64,000 nt of DNA, from positions 32,001 to 96,000 of the IMG/VR virus record IMGVR_UViG_3300028805_000081, one strand, 5' to 3'. This DNA comes from a virus. Taxonomy: Duplodnaviria; Caudoviricetes. Both the position numbers and the translations under genes were made by a program. The notes beneath the pieces were generated by a model, which saw nothing but the letters and a program-made list of their open reading frames with translations, ran no database searches and was not told where the DNA came from. Positions 29,554-38,500 of this stretch are shown piece after piece; position 1 is the first letter of the stretch, and each line of letters starts with the position of its first letter.

Positions 29554-30243
29554 TTGTTGATAAAGGGAGTGTTACGGTTGATAATTAGGAATTTTGCTGA
29601 AGTAAAGAAACACCTCGCAGATATTATCGTTGGTTTTGAACGTCAGCTTAACGACTATCAGACTGACGTGTACGGTTATCTTAATGATGACGGTACGATC
29701 AGACTTGAAACGTTCATTAATGTTGGCGGTAACTCTTGGAAAAATGATGATCATATCTTGGTGTATTCAGATTATGAACACACTGATGACATGATGTCTA
29801 ATCTTTCCAATGGTTGTGACGGGGGCAGCTGGACTTGGCTTATTGATGAGCTGGAGTCCCTTTACAACAAATCAGGAATTGCAGACGAGATAATTAATGC
29901 ATACAGAAACACCTCTGATTACTCCGGGGATAGTGTCGTTTGTATTGAAGATCTTGACGTAACTGATGTAGAACGCTATTTGGTTGAACATTTTCTGCCT
30001 GAGATAACTGATTATTATCAGAATGTCTTTGTGCAGAAAAATGTTATTATCGTCGATATTGTTGACGATGCTTTAAAGGAGATCGAGAAGAACTTTTGTT
30101 ATGTTGTTCTTCGGGGGAAGAAACTTGTCGGTGATGCGGAAAATTATGATAACGCATGTAAACTGGCAGAAGAATTTCCGGGCAGTACAATAGCTGTTTG
30201 GAAAAATATAGCGATTATGTCAGCGAGGGTTGCAGCCATGTAG
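29554..30243 (+). CDS. Acidic protein, paralog of 25168..25818
   Basis: Shared motif blocks. Confidence 0.65.
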   Translation: MLIKGVLRLIIRNFAEVKKHLADIIVGFERQLNDYQTDVYGYLNDDGTIRLETFINVGGNSWKNDDHILVYSDYEHTDDMMSNLSNGCDGGSWTWLIDELESLYNKSGIADEIINAYRNTSDYSGDSVVCIEDLDVTDVERYLVEHFLPEITDYYQNVFVQKNVIIVDIVDDALKEIEKNFCYVVLRGKKLVGDAENYDNACKLAEEFPGSTIAVWKNIAIMSARVAAM

Positions 30244-30278
30244 CTCTTGCTTTTAAGGAAGAAAGGGGAAAAAATTAA

Positions 30279-30485
30279 ATGAAAAATTTTGAAGAAGTCA
30301 TCGAAGTAGCTGAAGCCATAGGCGTCCAGGAAGTAATTAATGAATTTGTGAGTCGTGGGGTTATCAAGGTAGATCCGGACTCAGACGATGACGAAATTTT
30401 CCAGTGTTTAATCGCTGAACATTGGGATGAATTAGAGGAGTATACAAATTCCATTAGAAAAACTGTTACTACTCTACGTGATTAG
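30279..30485 (+). CDS. Small acidic hypothetical protein
   Basis: ORF with purine-rich RBS. Confidence 0.55.
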   Translation: MKNFEEVIEVAEAIGVQEVINEFVSRGVIKVDPDSDDDEIFQCLIAEHWDELEEYTNSIRKTVTTLRD

Positions 30486-30537
30486 GCGATTAGGAAGTCA
30501 AATCCTTGACGTTTTAAACAAAAATGAAGAAAACCTA

Positions 30538-30594
30538 TTGCAAAATAGACTGAGTTATATTATAATTAAGATAGTTATAGTGAACATAGTTCTA
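30538..30594 (+). promoter_or_regulatory. Repressor-gene promoter + 15-bp motif
   Basis: TTGCAA-N17-TATAAT then GTGAACATAGTTCTA. Confidence 0.7.
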
Positions 30595-30651
30595 TGAAGC
30601 AATAGGAAAACTTCATGTGAACTTTTAAACCACTATGAGAGGAGTTAAATT

Positions 30652-31686
30652 ATGAAAAGTAAGTTATTTGACAAAGCTTTTGATACGTATGTCTTAACAC
30701 TCTCTGCGGTTAATCAAAAACGTATACCAAGATTACGGAAAAGCGTTGAGATGTTTGAGAGTCAAGGATATGATCTTTCTAAAATGACAAGATCGGAAGC
30801 AAAAGAATTATCCAGCATAATATGTGACGGACTGTCTTATACGTCTGCGGTTTCATATTGTGCAGTTCTTAACCGATTTCTTAAAGACGTAGAGGATCAA
30901 ACAGGCAAACAATACGAAAAGGTTTATGCAACGAGAAGTGTAGTAAACTGTCCAACATATGCTTCAGAAGATCAATTTCTTGATGAAGTTGAAAATCAAA
31001 TTGAAGCATTTACATCTGAGATGCAACGTGACAGAAATTTGAATGAGGAATTTACTCAGGAATACAGAAATGGTTTGAATTACATCGCTGTGTATTTAAT
31101 TCTTAGATTTTATGGAATTACAGCTGATGAATGTGTGAACATTAAAATGGAAGATGTATCTGAAGAAAATCAAATCATTATTCTAAACAGAAACGGTAGA
31201 CCGGTACTAAAGAAGTTTAATGATCGAGCGTGGAAACACATTTTAGATCTGAAAAATCAAACTTATGTAGTACATTTTTGGGCGCACATTATTAGAAATC
31301 CGCTGCCGAATACAGGTTATCTATTTAGGAATAATCGAGCAAAGAATAAAGCGGATTACAATGAGAAAAAGCCTATCAGTAAGATTCTGCTATCGTCTGC
31401 ACAATACCGATTAACTAAAGGAAGTAATATAAAAAAGAATTTATCTTTATCAGGAGCTTTTATTTCGTTCCCGAAAAGAATTAGTGATGCTAATGACTTA
31501 TTAGACTATGTACATGATTATATCGGAGATGAACCAATATCTGATGCATCTATTAAAAAGAACTGGTTGTTGTTTTTGGATTATGAAAACGAAATGATTA
31601 AGCAAGCCGAAGCGAAGAAAACGGCTCAGACTAAGAAGAAGCCGGGAAGAAAGAGAGCTGGTAATGCAATAGCAACTACTAATTAA
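30652..31686 (+). CDS. Catalytically degenerate tyrosine-recombinase-fold protein, MrpR(YopR)-like repressor
   Basis: LILRFYGITADECVNIKMEDV box-I-like segment without the catalytic Arg; no HxxR; GYLFR; SPbeta-like context. Confidence 0.55.
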   Translation: MKSKLFDKAFDTYVLTLSAVNQKRIPRLRKSVEMFESQGYDLSKMTRSEAKELSSIICDGLSYTSAVSYCAVLNRFLKDVEDQTGKQYEKVYATRSVVNCPTYASEDQFLDEVENQIEAFTSEMQRDRNLNEEFTQEYRNGLNYIAVYLILRFYGITADECVNIKMEDVSEENQIIILNRNGRPVLKKFNDRAWKHILDLKNQTYVVHFWAHIIRNPLPNTGYLFRNNRAKNKADYNEKKPISKILLSSAQYRLTKGSNIKKNLSLSGAFISFPKRISDANDLLDYVHDYIGDEPISDASIKKNWLLFLDYENEMIKQAEAKKTAQTKKKPGRKRAGNAIATTN

Positions 31687-31962
31687 TATTTAAAAATATA
31701 ATTAAAGTGTTTTAAAAGAATTACAAAGGATGTTTTAAAATTTATAAAAGAATTTAATTAAAAAGTAAGTATATCAAAATGTATAGTAAGAGGGTATTAT
31801 AATGAAAAATGAACGATTAACAAACAAGCTGCTTTTAATGCAATGTAATAGGGATATAATGTGGAAAATAGGGTGAAGTGTACTTCTGTATACGGATAAT
31901 TTTGAAAACAATCCGGGATGATTCCCGTTAGCGAATATCTTTTATATAAAAAAATGAAGATC

Positions 31963-31998
31963 TGACCAGTGATTTTAGATTGCTGGTCATTTCTATTT
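31963..31998 (+). terminator. Intrinsic terminator-like hairpin
   Basis: TGACCAGT...GCTGGTCA followed by TTTCTATTT. Confidence 0.55.
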
Positions 31999-32040
31999 AA
32001 AATTAAGTGCTAAAAGTTCTATAATTTTTATAGAAAGGTA

Positions 32041-32069
32041 TTGACAATCAGTTGGAACTGTGCTATACT
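32041..32069 (+). promoter_or_regulatory. SigA promoter of the RNA operon
   Basis: TTGACA-N17-TATACT with TG extended -10. Confidence 0.8.
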
Positions 32070-32075
32070 ATTATC

Positions 32076-32220
32076 AGTGGCAGAGAGATATGAGTTCTTG
32101 ACAAGCCATTAAACCTCCATTTTACATACGCAGATTAATATCTGCGACTTTCATATTCTTACCTCTTTTGTGTGTCGGGTTTTTACATGCGTGCGGTAAG
32201 ATAGTTTTCCCGGCACACAA
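32076..32220 (+). ncRNA. Candidate sRNA: hairpins joined by anti-SD/anti-AUG linkers
   Basis: Stems GTGGC/GCCAT, CGCAGAT/ATCTGCG and TGTGTCGGG/CCCGGCACA; linkers CATTAAACCTCC and CTTTCATATTCTTACCTC. Confidence 0.5.
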
Positions 32221-32225
32221 TATAC

Positions 32226-32297
32226 TGCGGTATCGTCTAATTGGTAGGACAAAAGAATTTGGATCTTTTAGTTAGGGTTCGAGTCCCTATGCTGCAA
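32226..32297 (+). tRNA. tRNA-Gln(TTG)
   Basis: Cloverleaf; anticodon arm AAAGA-ATTTGGA-TCTTT; GGTTCGAGTCC T arm. Confidence 0.85.
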
Positions 32298-32804
32298 TTC
32301 ATGAGTTACAGTTTTTCATACAATCTCTATCATCCCTAAAAAGCTACTGTGACTCATGACTGTTTTAATTTATTTCTTTCTTTTTGTAGACCTCATGTGT
32401 TGCTCCGGTTCGACTCCGGAGTGATGCAATCATTACCTAATACCTGTTATTCATGGTAAACTCCTATTCAAATTAATCATGGGATTATGGACAGATCCCA
32501 GCATATTGTAGTATGTCAAAGTCCGTTGAAGTTATGGTACTGGCGTGCGGTTCGTCAGATTCGGTTCGACTCCGGATGCTTCAATCAGGAGAAGGGGAAT
32601 ATCTTCTTTAGTCTGAAGTCTTAGTGCGCATAAGATTTAATACAGATAGACACCTGTCGTAATACATGATGTTGCGTGATGTATAATTCGTGCCACGTTG
32701 AGTTTGATAAAATGCTTTTCTCAGTTCTTCGGAATAAAAAACGCAATATGTGGTTTAAACGGAAGGCTTTTTTCACAGAATAAAAAATAAAAGCCTCACA
32801 CAAT

Positions 32805-32878
32805 GGGAATTTAGCTCAGTTGGTTAGAGCACCTGACTGTTAATCAGGGTGTCACTGGTTCAAGTCCAGTATTTCCCG
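32805..32878 (+). tRNA. tRNA-Asn(GTT)
   Basis: Cloverleaf; CCTGA-CTGTTAA-TCAGG anticodon arm. Confidence 0.92.
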
Positions 32879-33052
32879 TTAGTTGCTCCAGCTATCGTGT
32901 TGGTTTGAAATTAGCCACATTCGTGTGTAAAAGAGAACTTCAATTAAACCTTCTGATGAAAACACCGGTTAAGTAGTCGGAAGCTTGCTTTCACATAATC
33001 GCCCAGCTATGGTGAGAAGTTCTGTTAGCTATTGGTGTGGAGGCAAGTATTT

Positions 33053-33135
33053 GGCGGGGTAGTTTAACAGTAGAACATCCGGGAATCTATAATAGATATT
33101 CACGGAAAACGGTGGTGCGACTCCACCCCCTTTCT
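33053..33135 (+). ncRNA. tRNA-like element with anticodon arm replaced by a long irregular hairpin
   Basis: D arm GTTT/GAAC; T arm GGTGG-TGCGACT-CCACC; weak acceptor stem. Confidence 0.5.
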
Positions 33136-33251
33136 TCAGAGGAAACCACATAACAGTCCCGTTCTTTAAGAGATGCAGCAATGTGTGTGATTCGTTTCGC
33201 ACCGGGACTCTTGTAGATTGTCACCTTTATTCATTTAAGGAAGTGTTATAA

Positions 33252-33995
33252 TTGAATATTTTAAAGATTTCAGGAAGCAGATTTGAAGAAGTCATCGCTG
33301 ATGTTCAGAAAGAACTGGGTATCAGGAGAACTAATAATTATGATGATTTCAACAATTCAATTAAAAAACTTATTCGTCCGGAAAATTTCTTATTCAATTC
33401 CTATGTTCTTAGAATTGATGGATTTGAATATAAGGTAAACAGGTTGGAAAATACATTCAGCTATGGTACTACCGACAAAGCTTTTATTCGAGTTAAGATT
33501 GATGCTAAAGATGCTAAAAATGCTATTTATACTGCTACTGAAGTGTCGGGTACTCTTTATGATGAGTTAAGAAAGAAAAGAGATATGCCTAAAAGCAAGA
33601 AGAACGATATGATGACTGAAGGAGTTTACAACACAGTTATCCCAGTTATCTGCTTTGAACGTTATATCATGCAGCTCATGGAGTCCCGGAACGTTACTAC
33701 AGTGGATCTTGAAAAAGTTCAGACTATAGTCAAGACCAGTAAACCGGGGAATAAGGCTAAGAAGAAAAACAAGCCAAGAGTTACTAAAGAAATAACACTT
33801 AATTTTAAGGACATTGAAAGAGTTGTGTATTCACGTCCTGAATTACCGAGAACATACACACATCACGTTGAGTCCTTTGATGTTGCCGGGCATTACAGAC
33901 ACTATAAATCCGGTAAGGTTGTGTTTGTAAAAGGCTATACAAAAGGAAACAAGGATGCTAAAATATCTGATAAAACCTATAAAATAAATCTCTAA
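33252..33995 (+). CDS. Hypothetical phage protein
   Basis: C-terminal VAGHYRHYKSGKVVFVKGYTKG basic motif. Confidence 0.7.
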   Translation: MNILKISGSRFEEVIADVQKELGIRRTNNYDDFNNSIKKLIRPENFLFNSYVLRIDGFEYKVNRLENTFSYGTTDKAFIRVKIDAKDAKNAIYTATEVSGTLYDELRKKRDMPKSKKNDMMTEGVYNTVIPVICFERYIMQLMESRNVTTVDLEKVQTIVKTSKPGNKAKKKNKPRVTKEITLNFKDIERVVYSRPELPRTYTHHVESFDVAGHYRHYKSGKVVFVKGYTKGNKDAKISDKTYKINL

Positions 33996-34011
33996 TGCTG
34001 AAATCCATTTT

Positions 34012-34043
34012 GCCCACGTACAGGAAGTAGTTGTACGTGGGTT
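34012..34043 (+). terminator. Terminator-like hairpin
   Basis: CCCACGTACA...TGTACGTGGG. Confidence 0.6.
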
Positions 34044-34127
34044 GATAAAATGGTATTATTTTTTACAATTGAGTAAACAAAAGTCTACAATTTTAATTAT
34101 AAATCGAATAGTAAAGGAGAATGAGAA

Positions 34128-34391
34128 ATGAAGTTTGTTGTAGATGATAAGTCCTTTGATAACTATGATGATGCAAAGGCTTATGAGGAAGAAGTCAAGA
34201 AACCACAGGATGAAGAACTGAAGAAGGTTCAGGATCAGCTGACTAAGCTTAATGCTGAGTATAAGACACATCATGAAGCACTCACTAAGCTGTCAAAGGA
34301 AATCTTTGAACTGGAAATGCAGAAGTTAAAGCTCACAGGTGATAAATCTAAGAAGCTTAACGGTATTTTATCAATTTTAAATTTAATTTAA
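34128..34391 (+). CDS. Coiled-coil hypothetical protein
   Basis: AAGGAG RBS. Confidence 0.6.
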   Translation: MKFVVDDKSFDNYDDAKAYEEEVKKPQDEELKKVQDQLTKLNAEYKTHHEALTKLSKEIFELEMQKLKLTGDKSKKLNGILSILNLI

Positions 34392-34406
34392 GAAGGAGTA
34401 AAATGT

Positions 34407-35633
34407 ATGGATAACTTTACTTTTATTGGTACAATCAGACCTATTAAGGACAGTGACAAGCTGAAGGGATACGAAGAAAAGACCTTTGATTCAGGCTGGA
34501 CTAACAGACAGCTGAAGTTTAATGTTACATCCGGGACGAATTCTTTAATCGTTCAAATTAAGGGTGGATGCTTTACAGACAGCAAGGGAAATCCGAAGTC
34601 AGATAACAAGGTGTACACTTCTGTTAAGGGCAAGGATAAGGCTGAAAAGGCTGAAATCCCGTGGAATGATCGTAAGAAGGCAAGCTGGCTTGAAAAGGTT
34701 GTTGTTTGGAAGAAGTTTGTTATTGACACTGAACTTCCTGAAGATCGTAAGAAGATATATGCAATTCGTAAGTCACTTGACGAAGGCACAGCTCTTACAG
34801 ATGACCAGTATAAGTTTTTAAATGTTGGCACAATTGAAGCTGCAAAGGAAGCTATCGAAAAGAGAGCAAGACATGAATATCTTTCTGAATGGGACTATGC
34901 GGAAATCGTAAACAAGTATATCGCAAAGGTCGGCAAGGACGATATGTTCAGGGTAAGCGGTAATATTGAAATCAGCTACGATGCTGAAAACAATACGGCT
35001 TATAAGAACTACATTGTAACTAAGATCGAGAAGATGCCGGCTGATACTACACCGACAGCTACTGCTGTAATTGATGTGTTCTTTAACAAGGAAGCGTTTG
35101 ATGCTACTGACTGGACTGAAACTCCGGTTGAAGGAAGTAATCTTCCGAAGTTATCAGGCGTGGGTATTGTTAATGCAAAGCAGAGTTATTTTGCAAGCAA
35201 TAAGAAGTATAATATCAAGGGCACATTTTATACAGATATTGTATTTGAAGTCCCGGCTTCAACAGTTGGTTATGCTTTAAAGTTTAAGATGTCAGCTGCG
35301 TTCGATAAGGATGTTACATGGAAGCACATCCCGGTCAGAGTTAAGGTTATTGACGGAGCACCAGTAGTGGATCTTACACCTGATATGCTCACTGATGAAC
35401 AGAAACTCGATATTGAGTGCGGATGCTACACGCTTGAGGAACTTCAGAAGTCCATGAGTAATGTATACGGAGAAAAGGTACGTAAGTATGTATTTGATAG
35501 CCTTATCCCTAACAAGGTTGCTGAAGATACAGCATTTACTGATGAGGATATGGTTGAAGCACATAGCACAGAACAGGAAGAAGTAGCTATTACCAAGGAA
35601 GAAGAACAGGACGTATTTGAAGATATTCTTTAA
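34407..35633 (+). CDS. Putative ssDNA-binding protein (YorF-like position)
   Basis: OB-like N-terminus, acidic C-terminal tail, first gene of the replication module. Confidence 0.5.
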   Translation: MDNFTFIGTIRPIKDSDKLKGYEEKTFDSGWTNRQLKFNVTSGTNSLIVQIKGGCFTDSKGNPKSDNKVYTSVKGKDKAEKAEIPWNDRKKASWLEKVVVWKKFVIDTELPEDRKKIYAIRKSLDEGTALTDDQYKFLNVGTIEAAKEAIEKRARHEYLSEWDYAEIVNKYIAKVGKDDMFRVSGNIEISYDAENNTAYKNYIVTKIEKMPADTTPTATAVIDVFFNKEAFDATDWTETPVEGSNLPKLSGVGIVNAKQSYFASNKKYNIKGTFYTDIVFEVPASTVGYALKFKMSAAFDKDVTWKHIPVRVKVIDGAPVVDLTPDMLTDEQKLDIECGCYTLEELQKSMSNVYGEKVRKYVFDSLIPNKVAEDTAFTDEDMVEAHSTEQEEVAITKEEEQDVFEDIL

Positions 35634-35719
35634 TGCAGTCCGACAGAGAGCTGCCGGTGAGTGAGAGTAGCCGGGATACGAGATGAGAAGAACAAATTTC
35701 AAGGAGATATTAAAAACAT

Positions 35720-36502
35720 ATGAGAAAGATAGATTTAACTGGTCAAAGGTTTAGCTATCTTACTGTCATAGAAGAAGATCTTGAAAAATCCACTCCGGGA
35801 AACATCAAATGGAAGTGCCGTTGTGATTGCGGAAACATTGTTACAGTTAAAGGTGGAAATTTGAAATCAGGGAACACTACGAGTTGTGGTTGTAATCAGA
35901 GAAGAATTTGCTCTGAAATGTTAAAACAATATAATCGCTATGATCTAACTGGAGAATATGGGATTGGCTATGACAATAATGGGAAAACATTTTCTTTTGA
36001 CTTAGATGATTATGACTTAATAAAAGATTATTGCTGGAATGTTCATAAAGAATACAGGAAGAAATCAAATGGAGAACAGACAGGCGTAGAATATTATGTA
36101 ACTGGCTTTTATAGAGATTCTGCTAACAATAAAAGGCGTATGAGGTTACATAGATTAATAATGGGCGTTGTTGATAATCCTGAAGTTTTTATTGATCATA
36201 TAGACGGAAACGGATGCAATAATCAAAAATCAAACTTAAGAATTTGTACTTGCTTAGAAAATGCGTGGAATGTTAAGCCGAGAAAAAATACATCGTCTAA
36301 ATATAAAGGTGTATATTATCATTCGCAAACACGTAAATGGCAAGCTCGTATAAATAAAAATAAAAAAGCATATTATTTAGGTTTGTTTGAAACTGAAGAA
36401 GCAGCAGCAGAAGCATATAACAAGGCTGCGATAGAGTTATTCGGTGAGTTTGCTCGGTTAAATGAGATTCATTATGACAATGAAATAAAAGAAGCTATTT
36501 AA
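35720..36502 (+). CDS. HNH homing endonuclease with C-terminal AP2 domain
   Basis: DLTGQRF..WKCRCDCG; LHRLIM..IDHIDGNGCNNQKSNLR; SKYKGV..WQARI..YLGLFETEEAAAEAYN. Confidence 0.9.
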   Translation: MRKIDLTGQRFSYLTVIEEDLEKSTPGNIKWKCRCDCGNIVTVKGGNLKSGNTTSCGCNQRRICSEMLKQYNRYDLTGEYGIGYDNNGKTFSFDLDDYDLIKDYCWNVHKEYRKKSNGEQTGVEYYVTGFYRDSANNKRRMRLHRLIMGVVDNPEVFIDHIDGNGCNNQKSNLRICTCLENAWNVKPRKNTSSKYKGVYYHSQTRKWQARINKNKKAYYLGLFETEEAAAEAYNKAAIELFGEFARLNEIHYDNEIKEAI

Positions 36503-36520
36503 ACAAAGGAGAGATTAATT

Positions 36521-37636
36521 ATGGTAAGACCTAAGATTAATAAGATTAAAGCCGATATTAAAAATTGTAGCATATATTTACGTTCTACAAAGAAATTCGG
36601 TAAAACGTCACTTTTTAGAGATGTCATCATCGAAAAGTATGGTGATCCATCAAGAGGACTTTTAATCGGATGCGGTTCTGAACAGGGTTATACAATGCTT
36701 GATAACATCAATGCAGTTCAGGTTACAACTTACGATGATCTTGTAGAACTTGTTGATTGGCTTGTTACAAAAAAAGGTATTGAACATAACATAGAGATCT
36801 GTGCCTTCGATACCGCTGACGAGCTTGTGCTTATTACTGATGCTGAAACAATCAGAATACACAACAAGGATAATCCTACTAAAAAGGTAAAATCAATCAA
36901 GGCTGCTATGTCGGGTTACTCAGCTGGCGAAAAGTATTCAGCAAACAACCTTATTAAGCCATTAATGAATAAAATTAAAGCAGCAGGAATAGGTATATGG
37001 ATCATATCGCATACTAAATTTAAAAATATCAAACAAAAAGGCACAACAGAACTTGACGGTTGGATGCAGCTTACTTCATGCCTTGGAGCTGATTATGAGT
37101 CTGCCTTCGGTGATTGCATGGATGTCGTTTTGACCGGGGTTGTTGATAAGCCGATTATTGAAAAAGAAGTTGGAGATGAAACCAAAAGGTTTGTAAATGG
37201 CGAAACTGTAAGAAAATTATACTTTAGGGAGACTGAACTTATAGATGCTGGCGGAAGATTTAGCTATGGAACTGTACCGGATTACATGATTTTCGATAAG
37301 CCTAATATGGCGGCAGACTTTATCAGAGTTATTGAAGAAGGTATGGAAAAATCAAAGACTGTTTCAGTAACATCTAAACCAGTCCCGGCAGAAACACCAA
37401 AGGCTGAACCAAAGCCTGAACCGAAAGAAGAACCGGCTGACATTGCCGATCTTGCTGAACAGTCTGATACTGAAATGGAACTTGATGAACTCAGAGAACA
37501 GGCAAAACAGGCGTTCACAGACTTAAAGGATCTTGATAAGAAGAAGGCTGCGGTCGCATTTGTCAAGGAAAATGGCGGCAAGATAACAGAGCTTGACTTA
37601 CAGGCTTGCTATCAGCTCCTCGAAATGCTGTCATAA
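36521..37636 (+). CDS. AAA-family ATPase (Sak4/YorG-like)
   Basis: STKKFGKTS Walker A variant, AFDTAD, IISH. Confidence 0.7.
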   Translation: MVRPKINKIKADIKNCSIYLRSTKKFGKTSLFRDVIIEKYGDPSRGLLIGCGSEQGYTMLDNINAVQVTTYDDLVELVDWLVTKKGIEHNIEICAFDTADELVLITDAETIRIHNKDNPTKKVKSIKAAMSGYSAGEKYSANNLIKPLMNKIKAAGIGIWIISHTKFKNIKQKGTTELDGWMQLTSCLGADYESAFGDCMDVVLTGVVDKPIIEKEVGDETKRFVNGETVRKLYFRETELIDAGGRFSYGTVPDYMIFDKPNMAADFIRVIEEGMEKSKTVSVTSKPVPAETPKAEPKPEPKEEPADIADLAEQSDTEMELDELREQAKQAFTDLKDLDKKKAAVAFVKENGGKITELDLQACYQLLEMLS

Positions 37637-37698
37637 TTATAACTCGTTCACTTACTACATAAGGGCGTTCAGAGATGTTCGCCCTTTAAATTAAAGGA

Positions 37699-38202
37699 GT
37701 GATTATTATGGCTTCGTGCAAATGTGTTGCTTGTGGTAAAAGATTGTCAACTACTCAGGCATACAGTATGCCGAAAGGATCTAAAAATCAGTATTTCTGC
37801 TCTGAACAGGAGTATAAGGAATATACTCAGAAGAAGATATTTGCTGTCCGGGACGAAAGAAGATTGTTTGAAGTCTGCGAATACATTCTCGGTCATCACA
37901 CTACAAACTTCACACTAAGAAAGTATGTCAAGGAATGGATTTCTGAGCCTTATGCTGTCGATGTGATAGATGAACACAAGGATGAGGTTTACGATTTACT
38001 CAGCAGAAAGTATTTTGATAATGAATATGTTGCTATCAAATATCTTCAGGCTGTGATCAATAATAACTTATATGACTGGACTAAAGAATACAAGGATTGT
38101 TTAGAAGCGGAAAAACCGATCAAAACTAATCCTGATGATATGTATTTGTCTAAAGGTTTTCAGAAGCGAAAAACTAAGTGTTTGGCTGATTTTGATATTT
38201 AA
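37699..38202 (+). CDS. Zn-ribbon protein (YorH-like position)
   Basis: CKCVACG...YFCSEQEY. Confidence 0.6.
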   Translation: MIIMASCKCVACGKRLSTTQAYSMPKGSKNQYFCSEQEYKEYTQKKIFAVRDERRLFEVCEYILGHHTTNFTLRKYVKEWISEPYAVDVIDEHKDEVYDLLSRKYFDNEYVAIKYLQAVINNNLYDWTKEYKDCLEAEKPIKTNPDDMYLSKGFQKRKTKCLADFDI

Positions 38203-38403
38203 ATTATAAAAGATTTGCTCAACAAATCCTTAATACATAGCTCCGCTATCCACACAGATATGTGGTTTGTGAGAGTTGAAACAGATTAATCAACCAGTTT
38301 TCTGACTTGTATTGTGATAACATATCAGTAAAACCGATGTATAACTGCGATTTCAGAAGTGATTATCCTGAAGTCATGGGTGAACGAACATTGGCTGCCC
38401 TAC

Positions 38404-38500
38404 AAAGTAGGCGTGGCGGATGCTACCTGTATTTAAAGAGTTTGTTGACTTTATAGAATATAAAATCCAAAGGAAAGTAGGCGTGGCGGATGCTACCTGT
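38404..38500 (+). repeat. 27-bp exact direct repeat, 70 bp apart
   Basis: AAAGTAGGCGTGGCGGATGCTACCTGT at 38404 and 38474. Confidence 0.9.

Noticed and set aside
30582-30592. LexA/Cheo box (GAAC-N4-GTTC)
   Set aside because: Spacer is 3 nt and most copies of the motif lack the GAAC half-site
30652-31990. Arbitrium (aimR/aimP) system
   Set aside because: No TPR receptor and no signal-peptide-bearing pro-peptide visible
32953-32985. Hammerhead ribozyme (CTGATGA core)
   Set aside because: No stem II followed by GAAA; the CTGA pairs in another helix. The same applies to CTGATGA near 13910 on the minus strand
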